DNA from: Candidatus Giovannonibacteria bacterium RIFCSPHIGHO2_12_FULL_44_22
GTDB lineage: Bacteria > Patescibacteriota > Minisyncoccia > UBA11713 > 2-01-FULL-45-33
Direction of reading: 5' to 3'
DNA length: 64,000 bases
Assembly: GCA_001778695.1 (NCBI GenBank)
Contig: MFHU01000003.1
Span: forward strand, 75,112 to 139,111
Shown here piece after piece: positions 11,204-18,542 of the stretch (positions are counted from its first letter, which is position 1; each line of letters opens with the position of its first letter). The notes below the pieces were generated by a model, which was given only the letters and a program-made list of their open reading frames with translations, made no database searches and had not been told where the DNA came from. Made by a program: the position numbers and the translations under genes.

Positions 11204-12076
11204 TTATACGCCTATCTTCCATATTTCTTTTTCAAGAAATGCTTCGATAGTTTGGCGCGTCGCTTTATTAATGAGATTTGAATGTGATAATTTATTTTCT
11301 TTTGCGTACTCGGCAAGTGTAATAATTTTCTTACCTTCCAAATACGCCAGCCTTTTGTGGTAACTATTAGTAAGCGACTTAGCTACAATTTCTTCCATAA
11401 TCTCTGTTTTACTTTTTGTGTCGAATTCCTTGAACGCATCATAATATTTTTTCCGGTCAATGAATTTTATGTTGATCGGCGCATATCCCTCACGAATTAA
11501 AAGATAATTATTGATCACTCGCCCAATGCGTCCATTACCATCTACAAACGGGTGCGTGTATTCAAAGGCAAGATGTAGCCCAGCAATTCGTTTAATAATA
11601 TTTTCTTGACTGCTCGCATGATATTCTGCAAGCATTTTTTCAAGTCGCCCCGCCACTTCTTCCGGCTTTGGCGCGATATGGCTTCCCACTCTCACATATT
11701 CTCCCGACGCACGAAACCTTCCGGCAACATCATCACGAATATTTGAGATAAGCATTTTATGGAGAGATAAAATAACATCAAGCGTTAATTCTTGTTCTTT
11801 GGCTCGCTTCTCTATATATGACACCACTCTAGCCAGATTTTTTGCTTCAAAAATTTCTCGCTCACTGATAAACCTGTCTAGGTCAATTTGGAGCAGTATT
11901 TTTTCAGTTTCTTCAAGAGTAAGCGTGCTATTTTCAATAGCGTTGGAGTTATAAACTTGTTCAGCAATTTCCGCTTCGCTCACAAGCTTAATAAGCGCCT
12001 CTTTGCCGGTAGACGCTTTATAGTATCTTTCACGCAGTGAGTGTATTTTATTAAAAACGCTTAATACTTTAGCCAT
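11204..12076 (-). CDS. Fic-family protein (AMPylase type) with an intramolecular inhibitory motif
   Basis: Fic motif HPFVDGNGRIGR. N-terminal SNAIEN matches the (S/T)xxxE(G/N) inhibitory helix. Confidence 0.8.
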   Translation of the reverse strand: MAKVLSVFNKIHSLRERYYKASTGKEALIKLVSEAEIAEQVYNSNAIENSTLTLEETEKILLQIDLDRFISEREIFEAKNLARVVSYIEKRAKEQELTLDVILSLHKMLISNIRDDVAGRFRASGEYVRVGSHIAPKPEEVAGRLEKMLAEYHASSQENIIKRIAGLHLAFEYTHPFVDGNGRIGRVINNYLLIREGYAPINIKFIDRKKYYDAFKEFDTKSKTEIMEEIVAKSLTNSYHKRLAYLEGKKIITLAEYAKENKLSHSNLINKATRQTIEAFLEKEIWKIGV

Positions 12077-12085
12077 ATACCCCCA

Positions 12086-12112
12086 TTATAGTAAAATTCA
12101 CGGTTTTGTCAA
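12086..12112 (-). promoter_or_regulatory. Sigma70-like promoter for fic
   Basis: On the minus strand: TTGACA, a 16-nt spacer, TATAAT, then GGGGG (SD) and ATG. Confidence 0.5.
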
Positions 12113-12156
12113 CATAATCGTGAAAATATAGTATTTTTTTGATGTTTTTCACGGTT

Positions 12157-12333
12157 TTAGCTATAATTTCCCCAAAAACGTCTTATTGAGAACCGTTTTT
12201 TAATCTGCTCTAAATCATCAAGATACTTTAAGAACAAAATCCAAGAAGTTTGCTCAATATAATCAAGCTCTGTGGCGCACCCAGCATCGCGATGCAAAAT
12301 ATCGTCTATATTCCGAAATGCTTGCTCAAACAT
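12157..12333 (-). pseudogene. 58-aa remnant of the N-terminal domain of a type I restriction-modification / N6-adenine methyltransferase (HsdM_N)
   Basis: Manual translation: MFEQAFRNIDDILHRDAGCATELDYIEQTSWILFLKYLDDLEQ..., which fits the HsdM N-terminal pattern (LR...EY...LLFLKYL.D), followed by an early stop. It is below the ORF-track length cutoff. Confidence 0.5.
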
Positions 12334-12420
12334 TTATAGTTTAGTCGCTACAAATAATGAGCTTAGAATAACATAAATTAACGCTTTGCAGAATAAAACT
12401 GTAAGGTTATTAAAATAAAA

Positions 12421-12455
12421 CAGAAGTGGCGGATTTTATCCGCCACTTCTGTTTT
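12421..12455 (-). terminator. Terminator hairpin downstream of the tRNA cluster; A/T runs flank both sides, so possibly bidirectional
   Basis: Perfect 12-bp stem CAGAAGTGGCGG-ATTTTAT-CCGCCACTTCTG, flanked by T and A runs. Confidence 0.6.
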
Positions 12456-12540
12456 ATCATTTTCCAAGCCGATCGGTCTTCCGATAAAAAGTGTTTCGGG
12501 CGCGGGCGATGGGATTTGAACCCACGATCTCCTCTCATGA

Positions 12541-12656
12541 CCCCGCACCAAAAATTTCCAGCGGGCCCGAAGGGATTTGAACCCTCGATCTTCCCCGTGA
12601 CAGGGGGACGTGTTGCCAGGCTACACCACGGGCCCATATTTAATTTTGGTGCGGGG
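12541..12656. repeat. 13-bp perfect inverted repeats (CCCCGCACCAAAA and TTTTGGTGCGGGG) bracketing tRNA-Asp with 8-nt spacers on each side
   Basis: Read directly. The left arm is 12541-12553 and the right arm is 12644-12656. Confidence 0.85.
12562..12635 (-). tRNA. tRNA-Asp (GUC)
   Basis: GGGCCCG-TG-GTGT-AGCCTGGCA-ACAC-G-TCCCC-CTGTCAC-GGGGA-AGATC-GAGGG-TTCAAAT-CCCTT-CGGGCCC-G. Confidence 0.85.
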
Positions 12657-12712
12657 CGGGCAGGGAGGCGTGTTAACCAGGCTACACCACGCCCGCATAA
12701 TTTTTTAGCCAA

Positions 12713-12784
12713 TGGCTGCAGCAGGGATCGAACCTGCGACCTAGGGCTTATGAGTCCCTCGCTCTACCACTGAGCTATGCAGCC
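12713..12784 (-). tRNA. tRNA with CAU anticodon (Met or Ile2 type)
   Basis: GGCTGCA-TA-GCTC-AGTGGTA-GAGC-G-AGGGA-CTCATAA-GCCCT-AGGTC-GCAGG-TTCGATC-CCTGC-TGCAGCC-A. G1-C72 is paired. Confidence 0.8.
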
Positions 12785-12855
12785 GATTATTATACAAATA
12801 TACAACAAATTAAGCAAAAATTGAAGAATAAATCAATATAAAGTATTATTAAAAA

Positions 12856-13329
12856 ATGATTCGCATTAAAAAACTTAAATCGCTCTTGGCAATTGTTGAA
12901 AATTCTGCACTGGGCGATAACTACCTCTTCCGAAATTTATATGCCGATGTTAATGGCGAAGAAAAAGATATTCTTGAAGACGGCGCTTTGTCGTGCGCGG
13001 TTTTCGCGTCGGCGGTTTTACTAAATTTGGAGCTTATTAAAAAGCCGCATGCCACGGTTTCCGGAACCGTTAAAGATATGTTTGAAAGCGGATGGCGCGA
13101 AATTGCTCAATTAGGGCCGGGGGCGGTTATTCTGTGGGAGAAAATAATATTTGAAGACGGGAAAGAACACTCCCATATTGGTTTTTATATCGGCAATGAG
13201 GAGGCGATTAGCAATTCTTTTGCTGACAAATGCCCTCGGCGGCATCATATAACTTATGGCACTAACCAAGACGGCGCGCCGAAACGCAAAATAGAAAAAA
13301 TTTATTGGCATCCGGAGCTGAATGATTAA
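12856..13329 (+). CDS. Hypothetical NlpC/P60-like papain-fold protein
   Basis: A Cys in the block ALSCAVF and a His block HSHIGFYIGN that resembles the NlpC/P60 HVGIYIG motif. Weak evidence. Confidence 0.35.
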   Translation: MIRIKKLKSLLAIVENSALGDNYLFRNLYADVNGEEKDILEDGALSCAVFASAVLLNLELIKKPHATVSGTVKDMFESGWREIAQLGPGAVILWEKIIFEDGKEHSHIGFYIGNEEAISNSFADKCPRRHHITYGTNQDGAPKRKIEKIYWHPELND

Positions 13330-14473
13330 AAACATGTCTAATATAGAAATCAAATCTTCGGAGGAGGTAGAGATAATAAAAACTCTTGAGGCCCGGAGCG
13401 ACCACGAGGCAAAAAGATTATTGCGTTTTTTGAAAATGCCGGATTTATCGCGCGCTAAAGCAAGCCCGCTTTATGAATTAATAGAGCGCCTAGTTAACCT
13501 CCCGGAATTTAAATCATTTGATGTTGTAAAAATTCCGGATATTGTCCCCGCCAAAGAAAGTTTTGATTTGTTTGATTTTCCGCTTGACCATCCCACGCGG
13601 AGCAAGTCGGACACATACTATATTAACGACGAATATATTCTTCGCACTCACACTACGGTCATGTGGTATTATTATTTGCTTTCGGAGGCGATTAAAGAAA
13701 AATTAAAAGGCGAAGCGCCAATCGGGGTTTTTTCCTACGGCAAAGTTTACAGGAAAGATGAAATAGATCGCCACCATATGAATGTTTTTCACCAAGTGGA
13801 CGGATTATACCTTTGCCGAAAAAACGAAAAAATTTTTGAAAGGCGGGATTTAGAAGAAGTCCTTGTGAAAATCGCTAAAGCAATATTCGGGAAAGACATA
13901 AAGTATCGCTTTAATGATGATTTTTTTCCGTTTACTTATTCCAGCATTGAAATGGAGATTGAGAAAAAAGATAAATGGATAGAAGTTCTTGGCGCGGGCA
14001 TCGCACAGCCGTCCGTTTTGGAGAAGCTTGGCGTTGATTCTAAAATTTGGGGCGGCTGGGCTTTCGGTTTCGGTTTGGAACGGCTTGCCATAATCAGTAT
14101 GGATTTGCCGGACATACGGCTTTTATGGTCGGAAGATCCGCGGATTAAAAAACAATTGCGCTTGGGAAATAAATATATTCCGGTGAGCAAATATCCGCCG
14201 ATTACTAGAGATATATCTTTTGTCGTCGCCAACGACTTTATTCCAAATAATTATTTTGATTTGATAAGGGATTTGGGAGGCGATTTGGTTGAAGAAGTTA
14301 AGCTGATTGATAAATATGAAAATCTAGAAAAATTCGGCACGGGAAAAATAAGCTACACATACAGAATAATTTACAGAAGCAACGACAGGACTTTGGTTTC
14401 GGGCGAAATTGATAAAATCCAAAACGAAATTTACAAACAAACCGCCAAGCAATTTAACGCCGAATTAAGATGA
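13322..14473 (+). CDS. pheS: Phenylalanine-tRNA ligase, single-chain (mitochondrial-type) form: PheS catalytic core plus a C-terminal FDX-ACB-like anticodon-binding domain
   Basis: HPTRSKSDTYYI...LRTHTT motif. Class II motif 3 GWAFGFGLERLAIISMDLPDIRLLWSEDPR. C-terminal SKYPPITRDISFVV...DLGGDLVEEVKLIDKYE...ISYTYRIIYRSNDRTL resembles the ACB domain of monomeric PheRS. No pheT lies adjacent. Confidence 0.7.
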   Translation: MIKNMSNIEIKSSEEVEIIKTLEARSDHEAKRLLRFLKMPDLSRAKASPLYELIERLVNLPEFKSFDVVKIPDIVPAKESFDLFDFPLDHPTRSKSDTYYINDEYILRTHTTVMWYYYLLSEAIKEKLKGEAPIGVFSYGKVYRKDEIDRHHMNVFHQVDGLYLCRKNEKIFERRDLEEVLVKIAKAIFGKDIKYRFNDDFFPFTYSSIEMEIEKKDKWIEVLGAGIAQPSVLEKLGVDSKIWGGWAFGFGLERLAIISMDLPDIRLLWSEDPRIKKQLRLGNKYIPVSKYPPITRDISFVVANDFIPNNYFDLIRDLGGDLVEEVKLIDKYENLEKFGTGKISYTYRIIYRSNDRTLVSGEIDKIQNEIYKQTAKQFNAELR

Positions 14474-15198
14474 AATCATTTTTACATTTGTTTTATAAAA
14501 TCCGCGGGAAATTTTTAGAAAATTCAGCTAAAAATAAACTTTCTAAATTAAAAAACAGCGAATATAGATTGCCGTATCAAATTCCTTATGTTTCGCAGTA
14601 CGCTTCTAAAGAATTAGCGGAGAGTTATGTTAAAAACGCCGAACTTTTGGCAAGTGACCCAAGGTGGCGCGATTTTGGCGCGGAAACGCCAGAAGAATAC
14701 GCTTTTTGGTCTAGGAGAATTTGCGGAATGGCCTGTTTTCAAATGATTTTATTATCACTTAGACGTCCGACGTCTAAGTTGATGGAATTAGGGAAAAAAG
14801 CGATGACCGCCGGATGCTATTTATTGGATCCCAAAAATCCAAAACGGCTCGTCGGGCTTTTGCATAAACCGTTTTTGAAATTTATTGATAAGTTTGGGCT
14901 TGCCGGGAAACTAATGTGGTATATCGGACCAGCGGTTATCGCCTATGAGATTTTAAATAAAAATTTTGTGATTGCTTCTGTAAGCCACGAAATACGCTTT
15001 AGAGATGCGCGTCCAGAAGATAAAACCGGGCACTTGGTTTTAGTTCATGGGTTTAAAATGAATGGAGGCATAATCGCTGGATTTTATATTCATAATCCTT
15101 CTGGTTTTTACGGCATCTCGCAAGAAAATCATTTTGTCCCGGCTGATGATTTTTTAAATTGCTTCTCGGGCAGGATTATTGTTTTGAAGTTAAAGTAA
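14470..15198 (+). CDS. Hypothetical papain-like (peptidase C39-like) protein
   Basis: VSQ...ICGMACFQMIL Cys block and HLVLVHGF His block. It contains the palindromic insert at 14757-14784. Confidence 0.35.
   Translation: MKSFLHLFYKIRGKFLENSAKNKLSKLKNSEYRLPYQIPYVSQYASKELAESYVKNAELLASDPRWRDFGAETPEEYAFWSRRICGMACFQMILLSLRRPTSKLMELGKKAMTAGCYLLDPKNPKRLVGLLHKPFLKFIDKFGLAGKLMWYIGPAVIAYEILNKNFVIASVSHEIRFRDARPEDKTGHLVLVHGFKMNGGIIAGFYIHNPSGFYGISQENHFVPADDFLNCFSGRIIVLKLK
14757..14784 (+). repeat. Palindromic element CACTTAGACGTC-C-GACGTCTAAGTTGAT inside a CDS, encoding LRRPTSKL
   Basis: An identical 28-nt copy lies at 28894-28921 in an unrelated GT4 gene. The core palindrome is 21 bp. Confidence 0.8.
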
Positions 15199-15308
15199 AT
15201 TTGCAACTTGCTTGCTATAGCGTGATTATTGCAAATTCTAAAGAGTGCAAATTAACCAGCGATAGCTGATTAACTTGTAGTTTGGAAAGGTGTGAAAAAA
15301 AATAAAAA

Positions 15309-15350
15309 AAGCGTGGGGAGCGTTTGCTCAGCCACGCGCGTTTTGAGGCT
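15309..15350. terminator. Bidirectional terminator between convergent genes
   Basis: AAAAAAAGCGTGGGGAGCG..CAGCCACGCGCGTTTT, with stem GCGTGG/CCACGC. Confidence 0.5.
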
Positions 15351-15357
15351 CGCAAAA

Positions 15358-15693
15358 TCACAAGAATTTCATAAAGGTTAGAAGATGGGAATGCTCATTT
15401 TCGTTTATTTTCAAAATGCGGCAAAGATGACGGCGAAATGGATTTTCTTGGCAATTCATTTTCAAGACTAGTTCCACATTTTGCACCAAACGATTAATTT
15501 CAAAAAAACGCTCAATTTCCGGCGATAGCGACAAAGGATTTAAATAAGCCTCTGTCCATTCTCCCTTTCCATAACAACCACATATCCAGTCAGCAATGAT
15601 TTTAACCTCTTCTGGCGTAACTTTCCATAAATCTGGAGAAATTTCTATGTTTTTCATAATCGCACCCCCATCTTTCTTTATCATATACTTCAT
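15358..15693 (-). CDS. Hypothetical protein
   Basis: ORF only. No recognisable motifs. Confidence 0.3.
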   Translation of the reverse strand: MKYMIKKDGGAIMKNIEISPDLWKVTPEEVKIIADWICGCYGKGEWTEAYLNPLSLSPEIERFFEINRLVQNVELVLKMNCQENPFRRHLCRILKINENEHSHLLTFMKFL

Positions 15694-15767
15694 ATTTTTT
15701 TCATCAATATCTGGTTGTTGATAGGTTATTTTTATGCTATTATTAAGCTATAAATTAGATATTCATT

Positions 15768-17771
15768 ATGCCCAAAAAAACCAAGAAAATAGCGCCCAAA
15801 AATGAGGGGGGGAAAGGGGGGTCGTACACCGCAAAGGATATTTTTGTATTAGAGGGTTTAGAGCCGGTCAGGAAGCGCCCGGGAATGTATATCGGGTCAA
15901 CCGGCGCGGAGGGACTACATCATTTGATTTGGGAAGTAGTGGATAACTCCATAGACGAAGCGATGGCGGGGTACGCCAAAAATATAATTGTGACTCTTTT
16001 GCCGAATCACCGCGTGCGCGTGACGGACGACGGCCGGGGAATTCCGATTGAAGTCCACAAGCAGACAAAAAAATCTGCTTTAGAAACCGTGATGACCATG
16101 CTTCACGCCGGAGCCAAATTCGGCGGAGAGGGTTATAAAGTTTCGGGAGGGCTCCATGGTGTTGGTGTTTCGGTGGTCAACGCTTTATCCAGCTGGATGC
16201 GCGCGGAAGTTTGCCGACCTGCCCGTAATGCTACGCATAGCGTTGCAGGCGGGGAGGGCGAGCACTGGGCGCAGGAATATCAAAGAGGCAAACCAAAAAC
16301 TAAGGTGCAGAAAGTCGGCAAATGCCGAAAGCTGGGGACTTCCATAACATTTGAACCGGATCCGGAAATTTTCGCGGACAGCAAAACCGGAAACATTCCT
16401 GAATTTGATTGGAAAAAAATTCTTGAGAGATTGCGCCAACAGGCGTATTTGACGAAGGGCATAAAAATTTCCATATCCGACGAAAGAGAAAAAAACGAGG
16501 CGGAACAAAATTCTTATTCTTTTTATTTTGAAGGCGGGGTGGCTTCCTACGTGAAATATTTAAACGAGGGGTTTACTCCGAAGCACGACACGATTTTTTA
16601 CACTCAAAAAGAATCCGAGGAAATCTTGGTTGAAATCGCTTTGCAATATGTTGACGATTTGCAGACGAGGGAGTTGGCTTTCGCCAATAATATTTTAAAC
16701 CCCGAAGGCGGTATGCATTCCACGGGTTTTCGGACGGCGCTCACAAGGTCGCTCAATTCTTACGCCAGAAAAAATAGTTATCTAAAAGAATCTGAAGAAA
16801 ATCTAACTGGAGAAGACGCGCGGGAAGGGCTCACTTCAATAATTTCCATAAAACTTAAAAATCCGCAGTTTGAAGGGCAGACCAAGGCCAAACTGGGCAA
16901 CCCCGAGGCACGTACGGCGGTGGACGATGTTTTCGCAAAATCTTTTGACGCTTTTTTGGAAGAGCGCCCGCAGGATGCCCGCGCTATTTTGGAAAAAGTA
17001 ATTTTAGCGTTAAAAGCCAGAAAGGCAGCCAAGGCGGCCAAGGATACTATTTTAAGAAAGGGCGCTTTGGACGGCCTGGCGCTTCCGGGAAAGCTGGCGG
17101 ACTGCCAGAGCAAGAATCCCGCCGAGTCGGAAATTTTTATCGTGGAAGGCGATTCGGCCGGAGGCTCGGCTAAGCAGGCGCGCGACAGGAGATTTCAGGC
17201 GATACTTCCTTTGCGTGGAAAAATTTTGAACGTGGAAAAAGCCCGCTTGGACAGAATGCTGACTTCAGACCAAATAAAAACCTTGGTCATCGCGTTGGGA
17301 GCGGCGATTGCGGAAAGTTTTGACCTTTCAAAATTAAGATACCACCGCATCGTGATTATGACCGATGCCGACGTTGACGGCGCGCACATCCGCACGCTTT
17401 TGCTCACGCTTTTTTACAGATATTATTTGCCATTGATTCAAAAGGGATATATTTATATAGCCCAGCCACCGCTTTATAAAATTCAAAAAGGGAAAGAAAT
17501 CAAATACGTTTATTCAGAAGAAGAAAAAAATAAAACAGTAAAATATTTTGATAATCCCAATATTCAGCGCTACAAAGGCCTGGGAGAAATGAACGCCGAC
17601 GAATTGGGCGAGACAACAATGGACCCGGCCAAGCGCGTTTTGAGGCAGGTGACGATTGACGACGCCAAAGGCGCAGATCATATTTTTGATGTTTTGATGG
17701 GCGACGACGTCGCCCCCCGCAAACTTTTTATCCAAACCCACGCCAAGGCGGTAAAGAATTTGGATATATAA
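15768..17771 (+). CDS. gyrB: DNA gyrase / topoisomerase IV subunit B
   Basis: GHKL ATPase motifs (EVVDNSIDEAMAG, GLHGVGVSVVNALS) and Toprim (EGDSAGGS, PLRGKILNVE). 667 aa. Confidence 0.9.
   Translation: MPKKTKKIAPKNEGGKGGSYTAKDIFVLEGLEPVRKRPGMYIGSTGAEGLHHLIWEVVDNSIDEAMAGYAKNIIVTLLPNHRVRVTDDGRGIPIEVHKQTKKSALETVMTMLHAGAKFGGEGYKVSGGLHGVGVSVVNALSSWMRAEVCRPARNATHSVAGGEGEHWAQEYQRGKPKTKVQKVGKCRKLGTSITFEPDPEIFADSKTGNIPEFDWKKILERLRQQAYLTKGIKISISDEREKNEAEQNSYSFYFEGGVASYVKYLNEGFTPKHDTIFYTQKESEEILVEIALQYVDDLQTRELAFANNILNPEGGMHSTGFRTALTRSLNSYARKNSYLKESEENLTGEDAREGLTSIISIKLKNPQFEGQTKAKLGNPEARTAVDDVFAKSFDAFLEERPQDARAILEKVILALKARKAAKAAKDTILRKGALDGLALPGKLADCQSKNPAESEIFIVEGDSAGGSAKQARDRRFQAILPLRGKILNVEKARLDRMLTSDQIKTLVIALGAAIAESFDLSKLRYHRIVIMTDADVDGAHIRTLLLTLFYRYYLPLIQKGYIYIAQPPLYKIQKGKEIKYVYSEEEKNKTVKYFDNPNIQRYKGLGEMNADELGETTMDPAKRVLRQVTIDDAKGADHIFDVLMGDDVAPRKLFIQTHAKAVKNLDI
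16217..16253 (+). repeat. GC-rich partly palindromic insert in gyrB, CCTGCCCGT...GCAGGCGGGG, encoding an apparent insertion of about 15 aa (CRPARNATHSVAGGEGE)
   Basis: The same end motifs (CCTGCCCGT and GCAGGCGGGG) recur at 31341-31364 in a GT4 gene. Confidence 0.5.
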
Positions 17772-17774
17772 AGC

Positions 17775-17804
17775 TTGATTTTTATTAGCCATACATGTTA
17801 GAAT
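17775..17804 (+). promoter_or_regulatory. Possible promoter with an extended -10 box
   Basis: TTGATT, an 18-nt spacer, then TGtTAGAAT. Confidence 0.3.
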
Positions 17805-17866
17805 GGTCATAGAGACGAGGGCAACCTAATATTGGGGCCAAAATATAGTATGAAAGGAGGTGTTAG

Positions 17867-18085
17867 ATGAATATCAAGGGAATTTCTATTACATACGACC
17901 CAGTTAAGGAACCCATCAAAAGATTCACGGTTAAATGGGACTTGGAAGGCGAACATCCGCCATCTGTTGAGAAGCTTGTTGAATTTGTTTTGGGCGCCAG
18001 AAAGTTTATTGCAAAAGCGATCTGGTGGCTCTTCCTTGTTTTTGTCGGCTTCGGCAGATCGGAGTTTGACCGCAACAAGGTTTAA
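17867..18085 (+). CDS. Small hypothetical protein with a C-terminal TM segment
   Basis: Very strong SD AAAGGAGGTG. Hydrophobic C-terminus AIWWLFLVFVGFG. Confidence 0.4.
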   Translation: MNIKGISITYDPVKEPIKRFTVKWDLEGEHPPSVEKLVEFVLGARKFIAKAIWWLFLVFVGFGRSEFDRNKV

Positions 18086-18105
18086 AGGGGAGGAGTGCAA
18101 CAAGA

Positions 18106-18395
18106 TGAAAAAGAAACAACAAGTTCCGGCACCTGTCGTAACGACATCCGTAACAATGGAGTGCCGTTCAACGATAGCGGTGTTTACTGTCCAGGGTGCT
18201 TCCGATAACGATCTTTACCAAGCCAAGCAGAAGCTGGTAGCTCGGGGCATCCAATGCGACATAGTAAATCTCGGTGATGGAAAGCTGGCGCTCTCTGTTC
18301 CTATAAAGACGGTGAAGGAGCGTGGAGGCGATTTTCTGGAGGAGGTGCAGTCCTTCCTGCGAGGTTTTTCAAGGACGGTGTCGAGTCCCGCTTAA
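18106..18395 (+). CDS. Small hypothetical protein (96 aa)
   Basis: Start chosen at MKKKQQV, preceded by SD AAGGGGAGGAG. The region is visibly more GC-rich than its surroundings. Confidence 0.4.
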
Positions 18396-18422
18396 CCGCG
18401 CGTTAGTCTGATGGGTTTTCAA

Positions 18423-18470
18423 AGGCCAACTTCCAAATAATGGAGGTTGGCCTCTTTACTTTTCTTTTTG
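18423..18470 (+). terminator. Rho-independent terminator
   Basis: AGGCCAAC-loop-GTTGGCCT followed by a T-rich tract. Confidence 0.6.
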
Positions 18471-18542
18471 CGTTTGCTATCCTTAAATCAGGCCCTCAGG
18501 GGCTTTTAAAAAACATTAAAAAATATAAATCAACGAATTATT

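Larger units (their letters stand above)
12501..12696 (-). tRNA. Interrupted tRNA gene (Asp-like paralogue). The 5' half is at 12657-12696 and the 3' half at 12501-12540, separated by an inverted-repeat-bounded insert that contains tRNA-Asp
   Basis: 5' half: GCGGGCG-TG-GTGT-AGCCTGGTTA-ACAC-G-CCTCC-CTG. 3' half: TCATG-AGAGG-AGATC-GTGGG-TTCAAAT-CCCAT-CGCCCGC-G. The acceptor strands are 7/7 complementary. Confidence 0.5.

Noticed and set aside
12410-12773. ORFs 12410-12712 (minus) and 12426-12773 (plus) of 100-115 aa
   Set aside because: They overlap the tRNA genes and the terminator hairpin. Their translations are Arg/Pro/Gly-rich read-through of structured RNA genes.
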